From an uncultured delta proteobacterium (lineage in GTDB: Bacteria > Desulfobacterota > WTBG01 > CAIYCZ01 > CAIRTM01), in NCBI GenBank assembly GCA_963804955.1, contig CAWDSQ010000005.1, forward strand, positions 160,001 through 224,000: a stretch of DNA of 64,000 nt, written 5' to 3'. Below the pieces are notes generated by a model. That model worked only from the letters and a program-made list of their open reading frames with translations, made no database searches and was not told the origin of the DNA. How positions within the stretch are numbered: position 1 is the first letter of the stretch; each line of letters opens with the position of its first letter. Shown piece by piece: positions 8,192 to 19,712 of this stretch. A program made the translations under genes and the position numbers.

Positions 8192-10993
8192 ATGACAGGT
8201 CAAACCGCCAGAAAAATACTGCTTATCGGCTGGGACGCGGCAGACTGGAAGATAATCAATCCGCTGCTGGATGCCGGGAAAATGCCCAACCTGGAGCAGC
8301 TGGTGGAGCGGGGCGTCATGGGCAATCTCAGCACGCTCTACCCGGAGCTGTCGCCCATGCTCTGGACATCGATAGCCACAGGCAAGCGGCCTTTCAATCA
8401 TGGCATTCACGGTTTTACCGAGCCCGACCCCGACGGGCAGGGCGTGCGGCCTGTGACCAATCTGTCGCGCACGACCAAAGCCCTGTGGAATATCCTGTCG
8501 CAAAACGACATCAAGTGCAATGTCATCGGGTGGTGGCCGTCGCATCCGGCAGAGCCGATCAATGGCGTTATGGTTTCAAACCACTATCAGCGCATAGCCG
8601 GTAAAATCGATGAGCCCTGGCCCGTGATGCGCGGCGCCGTGCACCCGGTGCGCATCACCGATAATCTTGCGCGCCTGCGCGTGCACCCGCAGCAACTCGA
8701 CGGCGGGCATATTCAGCCTTTTGTTCCGGACATCAGCGGTATTGATCAGGAGAAGGACCACCGGCTGGAGACGCTTGCAAAAATAATTTGTGAAACGCTC
8801 ACCATTCGCAATGCGGCCCTGGCCATCATGCATCATGAGCCCTGGCGGTTTACGGGCGTGTATTTCGACGGCATCGATCATTTCGGCCATGCCTTCATGC
8901 GCTATAATCCGCCCCGGCAGCCCTGGGTGGATGAAAAGGATTTTGAGACATACTCTCATGTCGTTGAAAGCGGCTATATCCTGCACGATATCATACTGGG
9001 GGCTCTGCTTGAAGAAGCAGGCAGGGATACGACCGTTATCATCGTCTCAGATCACGGTTTTCACTCAGACCATCTGCGGCCCCGCCATATCCCGCATGAG
9101 CCGGCAGGACCTGCTGCTCAGCACCGGCCCTACGGCATTTTCGTGATGGCGGGCCCGGGCATAAAACAAGATGAACTGATTCACGGGGCTTCGCTGCTGG
9201 ACGTCTGCCCCACGGTGCTCACGCTGCTGGGTTTGCCGGTGGGCGAAGACATGGACGGCAAGCCTCTTGTGCAGGCCTTTGAAAATCCGCCTGCGGTGTC
9301 GGCCATACCGAGCTGGGACGCGGTTGCAGGCCCTGCGGGCATGCATTCATCAGAAAAGCGTATTGACCCGGTTGAGGCGCAGGAGGCCATACAGCAGCTC
9401 GTAGCGCTGGGGTATATTGAAAAACCTCCAGAGAACAAACAGCAGGCCATTGACCAGTGCGTTCGTGAGCTCAACTATAACCTGGCCCGCGCTTATATGG
9501 ATGCCTCCCGGCACGCCGAGGCTGCGGCCCTGCTGGAGGCACTGCTTGAAAAATGGCCTCATGAGTACCGCTTCGGCATACATCTGGTGAGCTGCCTGCA
9601 GGCCCTTGACAAAAGGCTCGAAGCCCGGCGCGTGCTGGAGGACCTGTTGTCGCGCAAGCAGAAAAACGCCAGGGAAGCTCTGCCTAAATTGAAGGAGCTG
9701 CGCGAGAAGCTCGGCGACAAAACATTCGAGGATATGACTGAAAAGGAAAAAGAGGACATACAGAAACTGCAGACGGCAGCTTCGCAGAACCCGTATGCCA
9801 TGGAATATCTCATGGGCCGCCTGCTGTTTGGCGAGGGCAGGCTGAAAGAATCACTTGAGCATCTGCTCAATGCTGCTCGGGCCGATACCGGCCAGCCGGG
9901 CCTGTATGCCCAGATCGGTGAAGTATATCTGCGGCAGAGGCGGTTTTTCGACGCCAATGAAAGTTTCGGAAAGGCACTGGAGCTTGACCCCGATCATGCT
10001 CCATCGCATCTGGGGCGCTGCCGCAGCCTGCTGGGGCTTAAAAGCAATTTCGAGGCTGTTGACGAAGCGCTGGAATCCATCGGGCTCAACTATCACAGCC
10101 CGGTGAGCCATTTTCTGCTGGCCGTGGCCCTGCACCGGCTCGGACGGCTTGAGGAAGCCATCAAGGCCCTGCAGGTTGCCGTGCAGCAGAACCCGAATTT
10201 TCCGGCAGCCTACCGGCGCATGGCCTTTATCTACCGCCGCGGTTTGAAAGACCCGGACAAGGCAGCCGAGTGCCGCCGTCTGGCCACCGGGGCGGTGCAG
10301 CGCATACGCGACAGCAAGCATATCCCGGCGGCAGACCTGCGGCCGCATCCGGGTGCAGGCGGTGAAGAGCAGGGCGCAACCGGGGCGGGTATTCCATCGC
10401 CTGTGGAAGGGCCGGTTGATCGCAGGGAGATCATAACCATCGTGTCCGGTCTTCCGCGATCAGGAACATCCATGCTCATGCAGATGCTTGCCGCAGGCGG
10501 GCTTGCGCCTTTTTCCGATGGAGAGCGAACAGCAGACGAGGATAATCCCAAAGGCTATTATGAGCATGAAAAAGTTAAGGCCCTTGCCCGGGACAATACC
10601 TGGCTCGGCGAGGCTAAAGGCGCAAGCATTAAGATCGTGTCGCCGCTTCTGAAATTTCTGCCGCCCGGGCTTGCCTGCCGCATCATATTCATAGACCGTA
10701 ATCTTGACGAGGTTGTCCGTTCGCAGCGTGTCATGATAGAGCGGCAGAGCGGCACAGGGGCCAGGCTCACCGATGAGCGCCTCAAGGAGGCATTTCGCAA
10801 ACAGGTGGAAACGGCAAAAATTCACATGGCGCGCAGCCATATGCAGGTGCTGTATCTCAGCTATGATCTGTGCGTGGAGCATGCTGCTGAAGCAGCCCGG
10901 CAGGTAAACGCTTTTCTCGGCGGCGGTCTGGATGAGGCTGCCATGGCCGCAGCGGTCGATGCGGGCCTCAAGCGCCAGAAGGCAACAGCATAA
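8192..10993 (+). CDS. Alkaline-phosphatase-superfamily (NPP/sulfatase-like) + TPR + sulfotransferase fusion
   Basis: LIGWDAADW..SPMLWTSIATG, IVSDHGF, QLVALGYI, several TPR-like helices, then IVSGLPRSGTSMLMQML..NPKGYYE. Confidence 0.85.
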   Translation: MTGQTARKILLIGWDAADWKIINPLLDAGKMPNLEQLVERGVMGNLSTLYPELSPMLWTSIATGKRPFNHGIHGFTEPDPDGQGVRPVTNLSRTTKALWNILSQNDIKCNVIGWWPSHPAEPINGVMVSNHYQRIAGKIDEPWPVMRGAVHPVRITDNLARLRVHPQQLDGGHIQPFVPDISGIDQEKDHRLETLAKIICETLTIRNAALAIMHHEPWRFTGVYFDGIDHFGHAFMRYNPPRQPWVDEKDFETYSHVVESGYILHDIILGALLEEAGRDTTVIIVSDHGFHSDHLRPRHIPHEPAGPAAQHRPYGIFVMAGPGIKQDELIHGASLLDVCPTVLTLLGLPVGEDMDGKPLVQAFENPPAVSAIPSWDAVAGPAGMHSSEKRIDPVEAQEAIQQLVALGYIEKPPENKQQAIDQCVRELNYNLARAYMDASRHAEAAALLEALLEKWPHEYRFGIHLVSCLQALDKRLEARRVLEDLLSRKQKNAREALPKLKELREKLGDKTFEDMTEKEKEDIQKLQTAASQNPYAMEYLMGRLLFGEGRLKESLEHLLNAARADTGQPGLYAQIGEVYLRQRRFFDANESFGKALELDPDHAPSHLGRCRSLLGLKSNFEAVDEALESIGLNYHSPVSHFLLAVALHRLGRLEEAIKALQVAVQQNPNFPAAYRRMAFIYRRGLKDPDKAAECRRLATGAVQRIRDSKHIPAADLRPHPGAGGEEQGATGAGIPSPVEGPVDRREIITIVSGLPRSGTSMLMQMLAAGGLAPFSDGERTADEDNPKGYYEHEKVKALARDNTWLGEAKGASIKIVSPLLKFLPPGLACRIIFIDRNLDEVVRSQRVMIERQSGTGARLTDERLKEAFRKQVETAKIHMARSHMQVLYLSYDLCVEHAAEAARQVNAFLGGGLDEAAMAAAVDAGLKRQKATA

Positions 10994-11183
10994 AGCTCAG
11001 CCCTGAGAATCCAATGCTTTCGTTGTTGAGGCAGGCCCCGCCTGTCAGGCAAAGGGTCGTTTCTATAGCGGCTTCTGTGACGAGGATGCGCATTGCAGTA
11101 ATTTTCCAACGAGCATATGCGTCAATGCTTGTTTTGTTGAGCCCATGCGGCGCAGCGTTCAGCCTCACCCCGGCCAAGGGATT

Positions 11184-13827
11184 TTACTGGAGCTGCCGGC
11201 CGGCAAGCCGCTTGGTAAGCTTCACCGCTTCAATGATCAGCAGCGGCACGAATGACAGCAGTATGGTGATGCCGAGCTCTGTCCCGGAAAGCCGCTGCGT
11301 TTTAAACACCGGCTGCATGATTGGCACATACACAATCAAAAACTGTAAAGCGCAGGTAAGGATGATCGCACCGAGCAGGGCCATATTGCCGCTCACTCCT
11401 GTGCGAAAAAATGATTCAGATCCCGAGCGCACCCCGAGGGCTACGGCCATGCGCCCCAGCACCAGGCTGGTAAAGAGCATCGTCTGCCAGGGCAGATCAT
11501 GCCGCACGGCAAAAAACAGGAAAGCAAGGGACGCAAGGCCGGACAGCAGGCCGACAACCATCATGAACATGGCCCTGCCGCTGGCGAACACGCCTTCGCC
11601 ATAGGGCCGCGGCGGTCGCTGCATGACACGGGGATCCGCCGGCTCGGCAGTGAGCGCCAGGCCCGGGAAGCTGTCGCACAGCAGGTTCATCCACAGTATC
11701 TGAATGGGCACCAGCGGCAGGGGCAGGCCGAGAAAAGGCGCAAGAAAGATGAGCCAGATGGTGGCAGCATTGGAGGTAAGGGAATACATGATGAACTTGA
11801 TGATATTATCGTAAATGCGGCGGCCTTCCCTGACCGATTTCACAATGGTTGCGAAATTGTCGTCAAGCAGGATCATGTCGGAGGCTTCCTTGGCGACATC
11901 GGTGCCCGTAATGCCCATGGCAATGCCGATATTGGCGCTTTTGAGCGCCGGGGCGTCATTGACGCCGTCGCCGGTCATGGCGGCAAACTGCTGCCTGTCC
12001 TGCAGGGCGCGGACTATTTTGAGCTTCTGCTCGGGCGCCACCCGGGCATACACGCCGATATGGTCGACCTTGCGCTCGAACTCTTCAAGGCTCAGCTGCT
12101 CGAGCTCCCGGCCGGTCAGCACTTCATCATCCCTGTTTATAATGCTCAGCCGCCGTGCAATAGCCCGGGCGGTAACGGGGTGATCGCCGGTTATCATAAT
12201 GGGCCGGATGCCGGCGCTTCGGCACAGCTCGACTGCCTCGCGGGCTTCCTCGCGGGGCGGATCGATAAGGCCCGCAAGCCCGATAAACTCAAGCTGTGTT
12301 TCCACCTGTGAGGTCAGCAGCTCCGCAGGCTCGTGATCCCATCGCCGCAAGGCAAACCCGAGCACCCGCAGGCCCTGCCCGGCAAGCCCGTCGGCTGCCG
12401 CATGCAGAGCGCTGTGATCGGCGGGGCTGCCCTCCAGAGGCTGCGGGCAGTGCGCGAGAACAGATTCCAGCGCGCCCTTGGTGAAGGCAACAATGCTGCC
12501 GTCAGCGCAGCGGTGGAGCGTGGTCATCATTTTGCGCTCAGAGTCAAAGGGCAGCTCGGCAATGCGCGGAAAGGCCTTTTCAAGAGCGGCCTTATCAAAG
12601 CCTTTTTCACGGGCAAACTGCCAGAGAGCTGTTTCCGTCGGGTCGCCGTAGACCGAGCCCCCGGCATCAACATAGGCATCATTGGAGAGCGCCATGGCGC
12701 GCAGCAGCATTTCCTGCTGCGGGCCGTCAGCGGCAAATCCGGGCAGGCGGGGACCGTCGAACAATGCAGCGCCGTCATGCACGGCTTCGACGGTCATTTT
12801 ATTCATGGTGAGCGTGCCGGTTTTATCAGAGCAGATGCAGGTGACCGACCCCAGGGTCTCGACCGCCGGAAGGTGCCTGATCAGCGCGTTCTGCTTCACC
12901 ATTTTTTTTGCGCCGAAAGCAAGGGAGATCGTGATAACGGCAGGCAGGGCCTCGGGTATTGCCGCCACTGCCAGGCTCACGGCGGTCAGGAACATGAGCA
13001 CCAGCGGCTGGCCCTGCACGAGGCCGGTAGCGAAAATGATAGCCACAACAGCCAGAATCACAAGCGCCAGTTTTTTGCTGAACAGGTCGAGCCGGTGCTG
13101 CAGGGGCGTGCGCGACACTTTTTCCTCTTCCAGCATATGGGCGATTCTGCCCAGCTCGGTCTGCATGCCGGTTGCCACAACCAGGCCGCTTCCCCGGCCA
13201 TAGGTTATGGCCGTGCCGCTGTATACCATATTGGCCCTGTCGCCGAGCGGCAGCGATGCGTCCTCAAGCGGCCGAATATGTTTTTCAACAGGTACGGATT
13301 CGCCGGTGAGCGCCGATTCCGCGGCCCGCAGCTGCGCGCTTTCAAGCAGGCGCATATCGGCAGGCACAATATTTCCGGCCTCCAGCAGCACCACATCGCC
13401 CGGCACGATATCGGCAGGCTGCTACGGCTGCCGGCGCGCCGTCGCGCAGCACAGTTGCTGTGGGCGCAGCCATGCCCCGCAGGGCAGCAATTGCCTTTTC
13501 AGCCCGAAATTCCTGAAAAAACCCTATGACGGCATTGAGCATCACAATGGCAAGAATGGCATAGGCCTCGACCGGATCACCGACTACGCCGGCAATGACC
13601 GCCGCGATAAGCAGAATGATTATAAAAAGATCCTTGAACTGATCAACGATCATCATCAACGGTGAGCGCCGAGCCCCTTCCTTCAGCATATTGGGTCCCG
13701 ACTGCTTAAGCCGCTGACCTGCCTCATGAGCGCTCAGGCCTGAGCTGGAGGCGGCCAGCTCAGCCATGTTTTCATCAGTTGTTTTGGTATGCCAGGCACC
13801 AGGGTTTTTTTCTATGGAGTCGCTCAT
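11184..13827 (-). CDS. Cation-transporting P-type ATPase, type IIA (Ca2+-like); frameshift near 13415
   Basis: TGES, IPEALP, DKTGTLT, TGDGVNDAPALK, ILWMNL. Confidence 0.92.
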
Positions 13828-13949
13828 GGGATTGTCTCAAAAGGTGTTGTCTATTTTGCTTGATCAGGCGCGAACAGTACCGGCAGCATGGTGCACGACT
13901 AGCTCATGCTGCGGCTGTACGGGAAAATCGTCCGGATGCAACGCAGCAT

Positions 13950-14255
13950 TTATTGTTTAAAAACTGAAAACAGCTTGTTAAGAACCGGTGTGCCGAGTTT
14001 TGTCACTGCCTCGAGTTCCCCGGCATCAAGCCATACGCCCAGGCATGCCGAACATCTGTCGACTTTGATGCCCCGGTAATCGATTTCAACCAGGTTCATA
14101 CCGCATTTGGGGCAGCACATATAATGCAGTTCCTGCAGCCGCTTTTTTTCTACTGCTGCAAGCTTATTCTGTTTCTCCTGCTCGGCTTTTTGCAGGCGCT
14201 CGAATTCCAAACGGGCAAAATATTCTTCTTCGTGTTCAGTCGGTTTTACGGGCAT
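13950..14255 (-). CDS. Zinc-ribbon (zf-TFIIB-like) protein
   Basis: EEEYF..CPKCG..IKVDRCSACLGVWLDAGELE. Confidence 0.8.
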   Translation of the reverse strand: MPVKPTEHEEEYFARLEFERLQKAEQEKQNKLAAVEKKRLQELHYMCCPKCGMNLVEIDYRGIKVDRCSACLGVWLDAGELEAVTKLGTPVLNKLFSVFKQ

Positions 14256-14579
14256 ATACATTTTCCTTTCCTGATACATTAACAGTTTCGAGTTTACGGG
14301 TTTATTGATAGCAAAAATCACATAACATTTCCATGACAATACCATTAAAAATGTCTAATGTTTGCAGCAGCCCGCAGATAAACAATACTGCCTGAAATGT
14401 TCCTGCCGGTGTGCGCTTCGCTGCCTGTCACTGCTAGCACGTATGATCGGGGGAAATAGACTTTAAAAAAAACCACAATGCAACTTTATTGACTTTTTAT
14501 ACATAAAAAACTATTTTTAACTCAATTGACTCCACAAACTTCAGCTGCAGAATCGCGGTGCGGATACTAGTGGCCAAAG

Positions 14580-15396
14580 ATGATCGAGAGCATTCAAAAC
14601 TACAGCCCCGTCATGCAGGCATTTCTTGCCACTCTTTTCACCTGGGCCGTGACCGCGGCCGGGGCGGCGCTTGTTTTCCTGACTAAAAAGGTCAACCCAC
14701 GGGTCATGGACTCAATGCTCGGGTTTGCCGCCGGCGTTATGATTGCCGCAAGCTTCTGGTCGCTGCTCGCGCCGGGCATAGCAATGGCCCGGGAGATGGG
14801 CTACACGCCATGGCTGACCGCCACGATCGGCTTTATGGCCGGAGGCGCCTGCATGCGGCTGGCCGACTGGCTTCTGCCGCATCTGCATCCGGGCCTGGCG
14901 ATGAAGTCGGCCGAGGGCATCAAGACGTCCTGGCAGCGAAGCACGCTGCTGGTGCTGGCGATCACCCTGCACAATATCCCCGAAGGCCTTGCCGTGGGCG
15001 TTGCTTTCGGCGCTGTGGCCGCAGGCCTTCCCTCTGCCACGATTGGCGGCGCCATAGCTCTGGCAATAGGAATCGGGCTTCAGAATTTTCCGGAAGGAAC
15101 GGCCGTGTCGATGCCGCTGCGGCAGAGAGGGCATGAGCCGGATGAAAAGTTTCATGCTGGGGCAGGCTTCAGGCATGGTCGAACCGGTAGCCGGCGTGCT
15201 CGGGGCTCTGTTTGTGCTGCTCATGCGGCCCGTGCTGCCCTATGCGCTCTGCTTTGCCGCCGGAGCAATGATTTTTGTCGTCGTCGAAGAGCTGATACCG
15301 GAATCCCAGCGCAATGAGGCGCATATCGACCTGGTCACCATGGCAACCATGGCTGGCTTTGCGGTGATGATGATTCTTGATGTGGCCCTGGGCTGA
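14580..15396 (+). CDS. ZIP-family (ZupT/GufA-like) metal transporter; frameshift near 15125
   Basis: [48 protein letters not shown]. Confidence 0.92.
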
Positions 15397-15665
15397 GCAA
15401 ACCGGGCTGGACCTTTCTGCAATAAAATCAGCCTTCAGCTGCGCCCGTTCATTAAACAAAGAAGGTTTGACCGGTGCCCGCCTGCGCACTGGCTGCGGGC
15501 TTGACTGACAGAGGCCCCCCTGTTTCGGCCCCCTCATAGTAGTGTCCGGCGCCGGCAGAGGTAAGCCGGCGCCGGAATGATATTGTTTAATGCAACCGCC
15601 CCGCATGCCATAAGCATTATTGCCCTGTTTGACGGCGCATGTTTTTCCCGGCAGGAGTATATGCG

Positions 15666-18050
15666 TTAATCGGTGTCTTCCGCTTCAGGTAGTTCGGCAT
15701 AATTGCCGACAGTCCGTTTTTCCTTTTTACCGAAAATTTTAATAACAAAGCTGCGCTTTTTTAACGCTGTCGAGACATTGCCGGCGGCATCCTTTGCCCA
15801 GGCGTACAGGGTTTTGCCACCTGGTGTGCTAAAGGTGTAGCTGGCCGGCGGAGTTGATGTCCACCCGCTTGCGTCAGCCTCTGGCGGCATCGGTTCTTCC
15901 GTCGCCATATACCCTGTGACAAGCTCATTGTCCGTGGCGGTAAATATCCGTATTCTGACAGTCAGGGAGAGCGAAATTGGCGGAATCGCAAATCTCTTAA
16001 TCACAGGTGCTGATGTATCAGCCAGCGCGATAGTGAGGGTGTCACTTGACTGCGCGGAGATGTTGCCGGCGGCATCCTTAGCCCAGGCATACAGGGTCTT
16101 GTCACCTGCCGAGCCGAAGGTGTAGCTTGCCGGGGCCGTCGTGCTCCAGCCGGGGTCAGCTGTCGACGGGGCCGCCGACTTTTCCGTTACCAGGAAACCG
16201 GTCACCTCTGTGTCATCGACAGCAGTAAAGACCGTGATTTCGACGGTGAGTGAATGTAAGAGTGTCGTCAAAACAAAGCCGGTGATTTCGGGCGGTTCAG
16301 TGTCCGGAAGCGTGATACTGACGGTGTCGCTTACCGGTTCGGAGATGTTGCCGGCGGCATCCTTAGCCCAGGCATACAGGGTCTTGTCGCCTGCTGTGCT
16401 GAAGGTATAGCTTGCGGGGGCAGTTGCTGTCCAGCCTGCAGCGTCGATCGATGGTGTCGCTGAAGTTTCTGTTACCAGGTAGCCGGTCACATCTGTGTCA
16501 TCTGCAGCCGTGAATGTTGTAATAACTACAATCAGCGAGCTGGAATTTGCAGGTAGCGCAAACCCTGTGACCACGGGCGGTGTTGTGTCGGGAAGCGTGA
16601 TAGTCACCGTTTCGCTGAGGGGCGCTGATATATTGCCGGCGGCATCCTTAGCCCAGGCATACAGGGTCTTTGAGCCTGCTGAGCTGAAGGTATAGCTTGC
16701 CGGGGCAGTTGCTGTCCAGCCTGCAGCTGCGGCCGATGGTGTCGCTGAAGTTTCTGTTACCAGGTAGCCGGTCACATCTGTATCATCTGCAGCCGTGAAT
16801 GTTGTAATAGCTACAGTCAGCGAGCTGGAGTTTGCAGGGATGACAAAGCCGGTGACCACGGGCGGTGTTGTGTCGGGAAGCGTTATAGTCACCGTATCGC
16901 TGAGGGGCGCTGATATATTGCCGGCAGCATCCTTAGCCCAGGCATACAGGGTCTTTGCGCCTGCTGTGCCGAAGGTATAGCTTGCGGGAGCAGTTGCGCT
17001 CCAGCCTGCAGCTGCGGCCGATGGTGTCGCTGAGCTTTCTGTTGCCAGATAGCCGGCCACATCTGTGTCATCTGCAGCCGTGAATGTTGTAATAACTACA
17101 ATCAGCGAGCCGGAATTTGCAGGTAGCGCAAACCCTGTGACCACGGGCGGTGCCGTATCGGTCAGAGTTATAGTCACCGTGTCGCTGAGGGGCGCTGATA
17201 TATTGCCGGCAGCATCCTTAGCCCAGGCATACAGGGTCTTTGAGCCTGCTGAGCTGAAGGTATAGCTTGCCGGGGCAGTTGCGCTCCAGCCTGCAGCTGC
17301 GGCCGATGGTGTAGCTGAAGTTTCTGTTGCCAGATAGCCGGTCACGCCGGAAGCATCGGTTGCTGTAAAAGCCGTAATAGTTACCGTCAACGAACTGGAG
17401 TTTGCAGGTAGCGCAAAGCCTGTGACCACGGGCGGTGTTGTGTCGGGAAGCGTGATGCTGACGGTGTCGCTGAGGGGCGCTGATATATTGCCGGCGGCAT
17501 CCTTAGCCCAGGCATACAGGGTCTTTGCGCCTGCTGAGCTGAAGGTATAGCTTGCCGGGGCAGTTGCGCTCCAGCCTGCAGCTGCGGCTGATGGTGTCGC
17601 TGAAGTTTCTGTTGCCAGATAGCCGGTCACGCCGGAAGCATCGGTTGCTGTAAAAGCCGTAATGGCTACAGTCAGCGAGCTGGAGTTTGCAGGTAGCGCA
17701 AACCCTGTGACCACGGGCGGTGTTGTGTCTGAAGGAGCAGGATGGCTGGTCGCGTCGCCGGGAAATGTTCGGGCATTGATCTCTGTAATATTTGTAAAGC
17801 CATCGCCGTCTGAATCGATATTTGCTATCGCAGGGTAACTGTGATTGTTGTTTTTATAGCTTGTCGCATACGAGTTCAGCACGGAAGTTTTTCCGCCCGG
17901 ATGGCACAGAACGCAGGTGTTGAGGACAGTTCCCGATGTTCCATAGGCAGAGTTGAAAGATGTGAGGTATGTGCTTTTCCCATACGCCACGCCAATGCCC
18001 ACTGAAACCGCCAACAGGGTTGTAATTGCTACCATGACTTTGTGTTTCAT
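15666..18050 (-). CDS. Secreted mono-heme cytochrome c domain followed by seven ~95-aa beta-rich (Ig-like) repeats
   Basis: Signal peptide, CVLCH, DSDGDGFTN loop, 7x DTTPP..LYAWAKDAAGN. Confidence 0.8.
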   Translation of the reverse strand: MKHKVMVAITTLLAVSVGIGVAYGKSTYLTSFNSAYGTSGTVLNTCVLCHPGGKTSVLNSYATSYKNNNHSYPAIANIDSDGDGFTNITEINARTFPGDATSHPAPSDTTPPVVTGFALPANSSSLTVAITAFTATDASGVTGYLATETSATPSAAAAGWSATAPASYTFSSAGAKTLYAWAKDAAGNISAPLSDTVSITLPDTTPPVVTGFALPANSSSLTVTITAFTATDASGVTGYLATETSATPSAAAAGWSATAPASYTFSSAGSKTLYAWAKDAAGNISAPLSDTVTITLTDTAPPVVTGFALPANSGSLIVVITTFTAADDTDVAGYLATESSATPSAAAAGWSATAPASYTFGTAGAKTLYAWAKDAAGNISAPLSDTVTITLPDTTPPVVTGFVIPANSSSLTVAITTFTAADDTDVTGYLVTETSATPSAAAAGWTATAPASYTFSSAGSKTLYAWAKDAAGNISAPLSETVTITLPDTTPPVVTGFALPANSSSLIVVITTFTAADDTDVTGYLVTETSATPSIDAAGWTATAPASYTFSTAGDKTLYAWAKDAAGNISEPVSDTVSITLPDTEPPEITGFVLTTLLHSLTVEITVFTAVDDTEVTGFLVTEKSAAPSTADPGWSTTAPASYTFGSAGDKTLYAWAKDAAGNISAQSSDTLTIALADTSAPVIKRFAIPPISLSLTVRIRIFTATDNELVTGYMATEEPMPPEADASGWTSTPPASYTFSTPGGKTLYAWAKDAAGNVSTALKKRSFVIKIFGKKEKRTVGNYAELPEAEDTD
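15770..17730 (-). repeat. Seven intragenic 285-bp tandem repeats
   Basis: The AWAKDAAGN-coding segment recurs every 285 bp. Confidence 0.95.
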
Positions 18051-18239
18051 AAAACGCTCCTTGCTGTTTTGTATGTACTACGCCATAAAATAAGTCTTTT
18101 TAATATTCAGGGGGCTGCCTCCGGTGTTCATCGGGCCTGGCCGGTCAACCGGTATATATGCGGCAGGAGGAACACACCTCCGGTCATAGAGTGCTGATAC
18201 GTATATACCCGATGATAATTACTGGATAATGGCGTGAAA

Positions 18240-18255
18240 ATTACGATTTGGTAAT
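18240..18255. promoter_or_regulatory. CusR/CopR/CzcR-type operator candidate
   Basis: ATTAC-N6-GTAAT palindrome just upstream of a minus-strand promoter-like sequence leading to 18050. Confidence 0.6.
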
Positions 18256-18263
18256 GCTTGGAG

Positions 18264-19712
18264 TCAGGCAATGGGAGGAAATGTGAGGGTTACTGTGGTA
18301 CCCTGAGCAATCTGGCTTGTTATATCAATTGTACCATCGTGCATATCTATGATCGATTTGACAATTGCAAGGCCTAACCCGGTACCCTCGGCATCAAAGG
18401 CTTTTGCATTGCCGCCTCTATGGAAGCGGTTAAATATTTTCGGGATATCCTCCGGAGCTATGCCGATACCCGTATCGCGTATGGCGATGGCAACAGAATC
18501 ATCGGGCTGCGTGCTGACCGAAATCTGTATTTCGCCTCCCGGAGGCGTGTAACGCAGTGCGTTTGAAAGGATATTGGTTATGGCGCGCCTGAAAAGCAGG
18601 CGGTCCGCATGCAGCGCGGCTGAGCCCCTGCAGCCTACCGTAATATTGCGCTCTTCCCGAAAAGCATCGGCATAATCAAGAACCTGCTCTATTTCTTTAC
18701 AGGGCTCTAGGAGTTCCGGGGCAATCCTTATATTCGTGCTTTCCGTTTTCGCAATAAAAAGGAGATTTTCAATAATATGGGCAAGCTTCTGAAGCTCCTC
18801 AAGGCTTGACCCGATATGCTGCTGATACTCGGCCTCTGTACGGGGCCGGGAAAGGGCGACTTCAGCCTCGCCGATAAGGTTGCTGATGGGCGTGCGCAGC
18901 TCATGGGCAAGATCCGAAGAAAAATCCGACAGCCTGAGGAAGGAATCTTCGAGGCGATCAAGCATTTCATCAAAAGAGGTCGCAAGCTCCCTGAGCTCTT
19001 TGGGCCATTGCGCAGGGTTGACCCGCCGGGCAAGCTTTGTCGCCCGGATTCTCTGTATAACCCGCGTTATTTTTACCAGCGGCATCAGCGACCGCCGGCT
19101 GATAAAAGCCACAGCAGCTCCGGAAACCAGCATGCCGACGATGAGTGCCGCTGCAGCCATGAGCCGGTAGCTGCGCAGTATGCCGGCTTCATGGGAAATA
19201 TCAACCGCCGCCTGAATAAGATAGTTTTTTTTCGCTGGACCCGGTCCCTGCGCCCATGCCGCCATCATCATCAGCATGCCCGCTTCATTGAACGGCTTTT
19301 TTTTGATTATTGCCGGCTGGCTGCTGACGCCGACGGGCGGGGGGAAATCCGCACCGGAAAGATTTAAGTTTTTGTCAAAGTTATCAGCAAGGATAGCATT
19401 CTGCTCATCGGAGATTCGGGCATAATATTTGAGGTGCTGCCGCTCTATTTTCCCGATAAGCGCCTGCTTGAGCGCCTGCCGGTCATCCGGCCCCTCCCGG
19501 ATAAGAAATCGCAGGCTCTGTATTTTATCGATGAGAATATTTCTGTTTTCGTGTTCAAGGCTGCTGACCAGCGCGTAGTAGAGAAAGCTCTCAATTGTAA
19601 TAAGAATACAGAATGCCGAGAGTGTTGAGATGCTTATGAGGCGCTGAGCAATAGACAGCGACCTTCGGGAGGCAAAGCCAGAGCCTTTACCGTGAACGCC
19701 GTTCAAAGACAT
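18264..19712 (-). CDS. Heavy-metal sensor histidine kinase (CusS/CzcS family)
   Basis: Two TM segments, HAMP, FSSDLAHELRTP, NILSNA, GTGLGL. Confidence 0.92.
   Translation of the reverse strand: MSLNGVHGKGSGFASRRSLSIAQRLISISTLSAFCILITIESFLYYALVSSLEHENRNILIDKIQSLRFLIREGPDDRQALKQALIGKIERQHLKYYARISDEQNAILADNFDKNLNLSGADFPPPVGVSSQPAIIKKKPFNEAGMLMMMAAWAQGPGPAKKNYLIQAAVDISHEAGILRSYRLMAAAALIVGMLVSGAAVAFISRRSLMPLVKITRVIQRIRATKLARRVNPAQWPKELRELATSFDEMLDRLEDSFLRLSDFSSDLAHELRTPISNLIGEAEVALSRPRTEAEYQQHIGSSLEELQKLAHIIENLLFIAKTESTNIRIAPELLEPCKEIEQVLDYADAFREERNITVGCRGSAALHADRLLFRRAITNILSNALRYTPPGGEIQISVSTQPDDSVAIAIRDTGIGIAPEDIPKIFNRFHRGGNAKAFDAEGTGLGLAIVKSIIDMHDGTIDITSQIAQGTTVTLTFPPIA

Noticed and set aside
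14478..14497. Zur-like box upstream of the ZIP gene (atgcaactttattgact)
   Set aside because: Only one arm of the palindrome is good; too weak to call.
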